In this document: one piece after another, positions 51,713-58,330 of the stretch
Position numbering within the stretch: the first letter of the stretch is position 1
How the letters are laid out: every line of letters begins with the position of its first letter
Origin: an uncultured delta proteobacterium
GTDB lineage: Bacteria; Desulfobacterota; Binatia; UBA9968
NCBI GenBank assembly: GCA_963755715.1
Contig: CAVWLW010000058.1
Location: forward strand, 1 to 58,330
Reading direction: 5' to 3'
DNA: 58,330 nt
Translations under genes and position numbers: made by a program
The notes under the pieces: generated by a model
What the model was told of the DNA's origin: nothing
Database searches by the model: none
Seen by the model: the letters and a program-made list of their open reading frames with translations, nothing else

Positions 51713-52660
51713 ATGATCCATCCAAAGAGTCATTATTTCAGCATTAGTCTCGCCCTTCTGCTTTTGGTCTGCGTTCCCGCTTCAAGCTAAGGACATCGTC
51801 ATCGCGACGTCGTCGATGACTTTGACCAGCGTTCCCTATCTCGTCGCAATTGAAAAACGATTCTTTGAAAAGGAAGGCCTCACGGCGCAATACGTCGTGA
51901 TGCGTTCGGACCTCGCGGTGAAGGGGTTGATTACCGGCGACGTCGACTACAATCAAAGCGTATCCAGCGTTCTGCGTGCCGGCGTTGCCGGCGCTCCCTT
52001 AATAACCGTTGCCGGAATTTATAACCGAACTTTCTTCGAATTAATCGCCCGACGTGACATCAAATCCCTCGCCGAACTGAAAGGGAAGACAGTCGGGATC
52101 AGTCGTTACGGGGCCTCGACGGAGTACGCCCTACGATTCGGACTCAAGGCCAACGGCATCGATCCCGACAAGCAGATCAAGATGCTGGCAGTAGGCGAAG
52201 ATGCCGCCCGAATAGCCGGACTGCAGAACGGCACACTGGCGGCCATTGTGTCACAGGTACCGGCAAATTTTTTTGCGCATAAAGTCGGCGGCCATACCCT
52301 TCTTCCTTTGGGTGAGTATATGGAAACTCTGCTGGCGGGTGCAGGTGTCAGCCAAAAAAAGCTGGAGCAAAACCGCGATGAAGTGAAGCGAGGCATTCGT
52401 GCGCTGCTTCGCTCGCTGGATTTCATGCACACTCAACCCGTTGAAGTAAAAACCTAATCCAGAAACGACTCGGTGTATCCGAGATGGACATAGTGGATTA
52501 TATCTATGGCCTGGTAACGAAATTTGCCACGCGTAATGGCATTCCCTCACAAAAAGCGATTGAGAACACGCTTTTGGGAACGCCCTTCGAAGGCAAGCTA
52601 ACAAACTTTGACAGGCTTACCGATTTCTCCGTCGCGCGCGAAGTCGCAGAAGGAAAATAG
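51713..52660 (+). CDS. ABC substrate-binding protein (NMT1/SsuA family; frameshifts near 51782 and 52453)
   Basis: Signal peptide from ATG 51713, PYLVAIEKRFFEKEGL, ELKGKTVGISRYGASTE; it ends DFSVAREVAEGK*. Confidence 0.85.
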
Positions 52661-52709
52661 AGTTAGCCGGGAATGCTCGGCACTCTGTGAAGAAAGAAAG
52701 GTGGTGCGT

Positions 52710-53327
52710 ATGAGCAACGACGATTCGAAACCGCAAAGAAAAGAAATTTTGGCGGCACTTAAACCCGCTTTGAAGGAAACGGATCTCATCGTCAGCGCGC
52801 TCGCGGGCACCACCGCGGACACCTATCAAGTGATCGACCGGCCGGGAAACTTATATCTCGTCGGCATGGGAATGGTCAGTCAGGTGGCTCTGGGTCTGGC
52901 CACGGCTTTACCCAATTGCCGAGTCTTCGCCTTGGATACCGATGGCAGTATGTTGCTGGCGCCGAGCATCTTACCGGTGATCGGCACGCGCCAGCCGAAA
53001 AATCTTTACATTTTGGTCTTCGATAACGAGCAGCTTTTCGGCAGCCGCGGCGGTCCCAAGAGTCAAACCGCGACCGGAACGAACATTGCCGGGATTGCCA
53101 AAGCATCCGGCATGGAGAGCGTGCGCACCTTGCGCGACAAAACTCTGCTGCGCGCGGAAATCGAAGCTTTCTTGGCCAGCGAGGGACCATCGATGCTCGT
53201 CGCGAAGATCCAAGCCCTTGGCCGCGGCGCGGGACCAAAAATGGATGGACAAGAGAACAAATACAAATTCGTCCGGCATGTCGAGCGCATCGCGCAGATT
53301 GAAATTCTCGGCGCACCCAAAGCATAA
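52710..53327 (+). CDS. TPP-dependent decarboxylase beta subunit (sulfopyruvate/phosphonopyruvate decarboxylase-like, PP domain)
   Basis: DRPGNLY..GMG...ALGLA.A.P, and the TPP motif DTDGSML...VFDNE. Confidence 0.82.
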   Translation: MSNDDSKPQRKEILAALKPALKETDLIVSALAGTTADTYQVIDRPGNLYLVGMGMVSQVALGLATALPNCRVFALDTDGSMLLAPSILPVIGTRQPKNLYILVFDNEQLFGSRGGPKSQTATGTNIAGIAKASGMESVRTLRDKTLLRAEIEAFLASEGPSMLVAKIQALGRGAGPKMDGQENKYKFVRHVERIAQIEILGAPKA

Positions 53328-53374
53328 ATCGGATGCGCTTCAATCGCGCTGTAACATTCGGAGGGAGAAATCGG

Positions 53375-53875
53375 ATGAACATCGATGCTGCCAAAGCGGC
53401 CCATGAATCCTTAGTCAAATCCGGGATCAATTTCGTCGCCTGCCTGCCCGACTCGGCATTCCAAGAGCTCTACTTGCCGCTTTCAGCAGATCCACAAATC
53501 ACCTACGTTCAAGTGGCCAGCGAGAATGACGGTGTCGGGGTCTGCATGGGCGCCTGGTTGGGTGGAATGAAACCGGCTCTCTTGGTGGAAAATACCGGAT
53601 TTACTCTCGGCACCTACGCTCTGTTGCGCGGGCCGATGGCATTTGGCGTTCCTATGCTGCTGTTGATCAGCCATCGGGGTGAGCTGGGCGACGAACGCTG
53701 GTTTTCCGTGCCGTTCGGTTGGGCCACCAAGCCGTTGCTCGACAGCATGCGCATCACGCATCGATCGGTGGAAAAAACCGAAGATGTTCCCGGCGCTATT
53801 AGCAGCGCGGTCAAGTCGATGAATTCCATGCAAGCGCCCGTCGCCATCTTATTTGCCGGGGAGATCTTGTTTTGA
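53375..53875 (+). CDS. TPP-dependent decarboxylase alpha subunit (ComD-like, PYR domain)
   Basis: FVACLPDS, SENDGVGVCMGAWLGG.KP.LL.ENTG, PMLLLISHRG. Confidence 0.82.
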   Translation: MNIDAAKAAHESLVKSGINFVACLPDSAFQELYLPLSADPQITYVQVASENDGVGVCMGAWLGGMKPALLVENTGFTLGTYALLRGPMAFGVPMLLLISHRGELGDERWFSVPFGWATKPLLDSMRITHRSVEKTEDVPGAISSAVKSMNSMQAPVAILFAGEILF

Positions 53876-54863
53876 GATTCTCCGCCGCAAAGCGCGCCGG
53901 ATGGTCTGTTTGCGCTGATCTTACTCGGCGATAGTTTGCCGGCCATGGCGCTTAGAGGCCATCGATAACATCAGAATCGCCTATCCATCGACGAGTTTCA
54001 CAACGATGCCGATATTGGCGGCGACCAAGTTCGGCCTTTATCAACAGGAAGGCATGCGCCCTGAGCTGATACTCATGCGACCCAACATCAGTGTGACGGC
54101 GGTGGTGACGGGACAGGTTGAATTCGCCACGGCTCATGGCTCCATCGTCCGCGCGGCCGCGCAGGGTATGCCGGTGAAGAGTCTCATGGTCGTTGCCGAC
54201 CGGCCCGCGTATTACCTCGTTGCGAAAGCCGGCGTGAATAGTGTCGGCGCGCTCAGAGGCAGGTCCGTGGGCATCGCTTCCCTCGGCGGCTCGGTTCACC
54301 TCATGACCAAGGAATTCATGGCGCAGAATAATTTGGATGCCGATAAGAACGTAGCGTTAGTCGTCACCGGAGATCACAATACGAGCATTCAAGCGATCCA
54401 AAACGGCCACGTCGACGCAGCGGTGATTTCGGTGCCATGGCAAACGGTAGCCGAGAAAGCCGGCTTGCGAAAGCTGGCGTACTTCGGCGATGTTATGCGC
54501 TTGCCCATGGCTGGGCTGGGCGCTTCAGACGAGAATATCGCTAAAAAACCGGATCTCTTACGCCGGGCGGTACGAGCAACGCTCAGAGGCATCGACTTCC
54601 TCCGAGACGCCAAGAACAAAAAAGAAGTCACCGGCATCATGGTCGAGTGGTTTAAGATTCGGGTCGAACAAGCCCAGGAAGCTTATGGCCAAATGGTTGA
54701 GGCGTATCCGCCGAACGGCGTCGTCGCGGATGAAGTGCTTGAGAAGGATCTGGAAATTGCGCGACAGACCGGCGCCATTAAAAACCGCGTTGCCTTGTCT
54801 CGCGTGGTCGATTTCCAGTTTGTCAAAGAGGCTCGGAACGAGCTATCAGGGAAGAAACCGTAA
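53872..54863 (+). CDS. ABC substrate-binding protein (NMT1/SsuA family; frameshift in the signal region)
   Basis: IRIAYPSTSFTTMPILAA..FGLYQQEG, LRGRSVGIASLGGS; it ends VDFQFVKEA..EL. Confidence 0.85.
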
Positions 54864-54918
54864 GCAGCCAGCAGGATTCGGAATCGGGGCAAGTTAATTT
54901 CCAGGAGGTAGAAAAATT

Positions 54919-55764
54919 ATGATGGCCTATCCCTACGACGATGCGCGGATCATCTTGGCGCTGCAGATCGACCACTCGCGGGTGGCGGGCTACTTCGCCG
55001 CCCATTGGGGCAACCCACGCTTCGATCGGCCCGAGCCTTATTCCTCCGTCGTATTGGCCGCCACCGAGCATGATATCGGCTGGTGGGAGTGGGAGATGAA
55101 ACCGTCGACACTCAACGACAAGGGGTTACCGCTCGACTATCACGACGGCAGTTTCAAATATCTCGGCCAGCTCCGGCTCGATTTCTATAAAAACTCGGTG
55201 GATCGGGTCCTGACTCGCGATCCTTACTCGGCGATGTTGATGGCGATGCACGGCGTGGCGCTCATGAATGCCGGTTATGGCAAGTACAGCTATCCTCCCG
55301 ACCGCACCGGCGACCCCCGGGTAAAGGCGTACGTCGATCACCAGGAAGAGCTGCGGCTAAAACTACTCGAACAGCTGCGCCAATCCGAACAGTTCAAGCA
55401 GCATTGTTCCGACGAGCAGATATGGACCAACTACGAGTACATGGAGGTCTTCGACCAATTGGCGCAGTTTGTCTGCAATCGTTATCCGTTGAATAGCAAG
55501 GCGCGCAAGCTCGGCCCGAGTCATTCGTTAAACGATGTCGCCATACCGACGAAACCCGGTCAGCCGGCGGTGAAAATCAATATCGACACGGTCGGTGAAA
55601 ACAAAGCCGTCCTGCGTCCCTATCCTTTCGATATCGATCCGCTGCCGGTGTCGTTAGCCGCGCGCCTGGTGCCGAACCGAACGTACAAAGACGGCGAAGA
55701 GTTTCTCGGCGAGTTTTACCGCGCCGAGCGCATCACGGTGAACCATACACTGGCGTCGGCATGA
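54919..55764 (+). CDS. DUF3891-like protein (HD-type motif), copy 1
   Basis: AGGAGG RBS; QIDHSRVAG.FAAHWGN, EHDIGWWEWE, MH, FDQL, PYPF. Confidence 0.8.
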   Translation: MMAYPYDDARIILALQIDHSRVAGYFAAHWGNPRFDRPEPYSSVVLAATEHDIGWWEWEMKPSTLNDKGLPLDYHDGSFKYLGQLRLDFYKNSVDRVLTRDPYSAMLMAMHGVALMNAGYGKYSYPPDRTGDPRVKAYVDHQEELRLKLLEQLRQSEQFKQHCSDEQIWTNYEYMEVFDQLAQFVCNRYPLNSKARKLGPSHSLNDVAIPTKPGQPAVKINIDTVGENKAVLRPYPFDIDPLPVSLAARLVPNRTYKDGEEFLGEFYRAERITVNHTLASA

Positions 55765-56309
55765 TTCCGATCAACGAGACCGAAACTAAAACGTTCGTAC
55801 ATGGCAACGTTGTGGTCACGAACAAAACCATGAGCGCCCGGCAGGTACGTGTCACCATCAACGGTCGCGAATATACCGGGGCAGTAGAACCGCGCAAGCT
55901 GCTAACCGATTTCCTGCGTGACGATCTCGGACTGACGGGCACCCACGTGGGTTGCGAGCACGGCGTTTGTGGGGCTTGCACGATCTTATTCAATGGCGAG
56001 CCGGTGCGCTCATGTTTGCTCTTCGCCGTGCAAGCGCACGGCGCTGTTCTGAAAACCGTCGAAGGCATCGCGCCCAACGCCACCGAGCTGGACCCGCTGC
56101 AAGAGAAGTTCTGGGAGCTGCACGGCCTGCAGTGCGGTTTTTGCACGCCGGGAATCTTGCTCACCGCGGAAGCCTTATTGAAAGAGATACCGAATCCCAG
56201 CGAAGTTGAGATTCGCGAATGGCTCAGCGGCAACCTGTGCAGGTGCACCGGCTATCAAAATATCGTGACCGCGATCCAGGAAGCGGCGAAAACGTTGACC
56301 CAGACGTAA
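55761..56309 (+). CDS. Orphan 2x[2Fe-2S] CoxS-like protein
   Basis: GTHVGCEHGVCGACT...SC, QCGFCTPG, NLCRCTGY. ATGA overlap with the upstream stop; alternative start at 55830. Confidence 0.9.
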   Translation: MIPINETETKTFVHGNVVVTNKTMSARQVRVTINGREYTGAVEPRKLLTDFLRDDLGLTGTHVGCEHGVCGACTILFNGEPVRSCLLFAVQAHGAVLKTVEGIAPNATELDPLQEKFWELHGLQCGFCTPGILLTAEALLKEIPNPSEVEIREWLSGNLCRCTGYQNIVTAIQEAAKTLTQT

Positions 56310-56339
56310 CCATCACACGAAACGTCTCGCTTACGGAGG

Positions 56340-57185
56340 ATGAACATGATTATCTCGGAAAACTCGGAAAACTATCGGATGATCACACAGAACGATCACG
56401 GCGATCTCGCCGGACAATTCGCCGCGCACTGGGGCAACGACCGATTCGCCAAGCTCAATCCGTATCACTCGATGGTGTTGGCCGCAGAGACTCACGACAA
56501 CGGCTGGTGGGACTGGGACATTTATCCGTCCATCGACGATACCGGCGCGCCCATACCATTTACCCGCACGCCGCGCGAATTCCGGTCGAATTTCTACGGC
56601 AAGGGAATCGACAATGTAATCGCACGAGATCTCTATGCCGGTCTAATCGTAAGCATGCACGGCGTCGGATTGGGGCAAAAGCGATATGGTACCATGCCCT
56701 CAATGGTCGACCGCGATGACCCGTATTCGCGGAAGTTCATTGCCGAGCGTGAACCCACCCATAAAGGTATGGTCGAGCAATTGAATAAAATGGAACAATA
56801 CGCAGGGACAACCAGCCACGAGCAGATTTGGCACAACTATCTGATGATGCAGGTCTTCGACCGCCTGTCGCTGTTCTTTTGTGCTAACTTCGATATTACC
56901 AAAGTGGCGGCCACAGGCTCACACACAAAGGGTAAGGCCTACTACGGATCTACCATAAAACCGGCTCCAAGAATCCCCGGGGAAGAAGGTGGCGAGATCC
57001 AACTTCGGATCCTTGATCACGAAACCGTTATCGTCGATCCTTATCCATTCGATATATCACCCTTCCGCGTGAGTGTCCGCGGCAAATTAATACCGAAAAC
57101 CAAATACAACTCGCAGCAGGAGTTTCGCGAAGAGTACGGCAAGGCCCAACGAGAAGAATTCCAGTTCAATTTACGGCGCGAATGA
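56340..57185 (+). CDS. DUF3891-like protein (HD-type motif), copy 2
   Basis: QNDHGDLAGQFAAHWGN, THDNGWWDWD, SMH, FDRLSLFFC, DPYPF. Confidence 0.8.
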   Translation: MNMIISENSENYRMITQNDHGDLAGQFAAHWGNDRFAKLNPYHSMVLAAETHDNGWWDWDIYPSIDDTGAPIPFTRTPREFRSNFYGKGIDNVIARDLYAGLIVSMHGVGLGQKRYGTMPSMVDRDDPYSRKFIAEREPTHKGMVEQLNKMEQYAGTTSHEQIWHNYLMMQVFDRLSLFFCANFDITKVAATGSHTKGKAYYGSTIKPAPRIPGEEGGEIQLRILDHETVIVDPYPFDISPFRVSVRGKLIPKTKYNSQQEFREEYGKAQREEFQFNLRRE

Positions 57186-57337
57186 ATTTGCAAACGGATA
57201 ATTCATCAGTACTCGGTGTGTTCTCACATCCAGTCGGGTGGCGCGTTCGGTCGAGGTATCTCCGATCGCTTTGCGGACGTCGTCAGTTGCGCTTCCCTAT
57301 GAATACTATTTTGAAGTCCCCCGTCTGTTGCGGTCGT

Positions 57338-58330
57338 TCACCGGAGTTTTGGCATTACGTCTCTGGCGATCAAGCCGAGCGCGCGCCGGCGCTCGGCACC
57401 AATGATTTCCCAAACGATCGGTAGCTTGAGGCCGGTGCCGGCGAAGGCTCGCACTCCTTGAACAACCTGGTCCGGCGTGCCCGCGATGGCAACCTTGCGG
57501 ACAAGATCATCCTCAAGTTCCGCCGCCGCTTGCGCCACACCGAGTCTCTCGACCTGTTCTCTCACCGCGCCAATTTCCGCCGCGGTCACGCCGGCGTGTT
57601 GGAGCATGGCGGAATGGCGCGTCGGCAATTTTTGCGCGACAAACCGTTTGGCCGCGTCCAGTGCTTTTTTTTCGTTCTCGTCCACCGAAATAAGCAGGTA
57701 ACCAGCCACGCCGAAGTTTTCCAGCGAACGGCGCGAACGCTTCAATCCCTCCTCGATCAACGGCATCGCGTAGGCGACGAAGCTTGGTGTGCAAGGATAA
57801 TTGAACAGGATGCCGTCCGCGTATTCACCTGCGAGCTTGAGCATCGCCGGTCCGGTGGCACCCACATACACCGGCAACTCGCCGCAGGGATCGAGATCGA
57901 GCCGGCTCCCAGGGGGAGGCATCTTGAATATCCTCCCGTCATACTGAACCCGTTGCCCGCTCAAGATTTTTTTGCTGATCTCGATCGACTCCTTGACCAA
58001 CTGAGTCGTGCCGGCGCTATCCAGGGCGTGTTTGCGTAGCGCATTTAAGACCCGGCCAATACCGAGAATCACTCGGCCGCGCGCCACTTCATCGAGGGAA
58101 GCCGCCTCCATCGCCAAGAGCGCGGGATGCTTGGTGTGCGGACTCAAAATGCCGAGGCCGATCTTTATTTTGCTCGTCGCCGCGGCAATCAACGTCGCCC
58201 GCACTATCGCGCTTCGCGAATGTTATCCCTCGGACAACCAAAAGCTATGGTAGCCCAGAGCTTCGGCAGCTTTCGCAAGCTCGAGCGTCTCGCTCATGGA
58301 GGTTACGCCATCGGTTCCAACGCCGAGATT
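57338..58330 (-). CDS. LLM-class flavin-dependent oxidoreductase (Mer-like), 5' end outside the window, with an in-frame TAA at 58225-58223
   Basis: AKAAEALGYHSFWLSEG*HSRS...AAATSKIKIG..., SLDEVARGRVILGIG, YVGATGP.ML.LAGE.ADG, IAGTPD. Confidence 0.85.

Noticed and set aside
201-54005. Programmed frameshifting or selenocysteine recoding as the explanation for split genes
   Set aside because: The breaks are scattered indels in unrelated families with no shared slippery motif, and I found no in-frame TGA at a Cys-equivalent position.
257-57185. Numerous long minus-strand and alternative-frame ORFs (e.g. 2765-3760, 15113-16114, 39121-39984, 41976-42893)
   Set aside because: They are shadows of well-supported + strand genes in GC-rich DNA and have no recognisable motifs.

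Overview
A GC-rich bacterial window with no rRNA, tRNA, CRISPR array, transposase or transcription regulator that I can recognise. Every credible gene from 1 to 57185 is on the + strand; only the last, partial LLM-class oxidoreductase is on the - strand. There are two blocks. Block A (1-35400) is a redox/stress/efflux accessory region. It has an enoyl-CoA hydratase-like gene, DUF4331, DUF1348, five SDRs, two Zn-ADHs, three MOSC proteins, pirin, an isochorismatase/alpha-beta-hydrolase fusion, NDH-2, an RND efflux triad, a cNMP-TrxB-like reductase with two UBP-type zinc fingers, and an MlaEFD-PqiC operon. It also has two sigma54-type promoters that share a tandem 16-bp upstream motif, and many deletion scars. 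Block B (35500-58330) is a catabolic island. It has three Amidohydro_2 enzymes, a three-subunit xanthine-dehydrogenase-family Mo enzyme, seven solute-binding proteins with no permease or ATPase, a split TPP decarboxylase, and two HD-motif DUF3891-like proteins flanking an orphan 2x[2Fe-2S] protein. That last module is my best candidate for an undescribed system. The gene content resembles Candidatus Binatia-type soil genomes (inference only). About 16 genes carry isolated 1-bp indels, which most likely reflect long-read consensus error. Family assignments come from motif recognition, not database searches.
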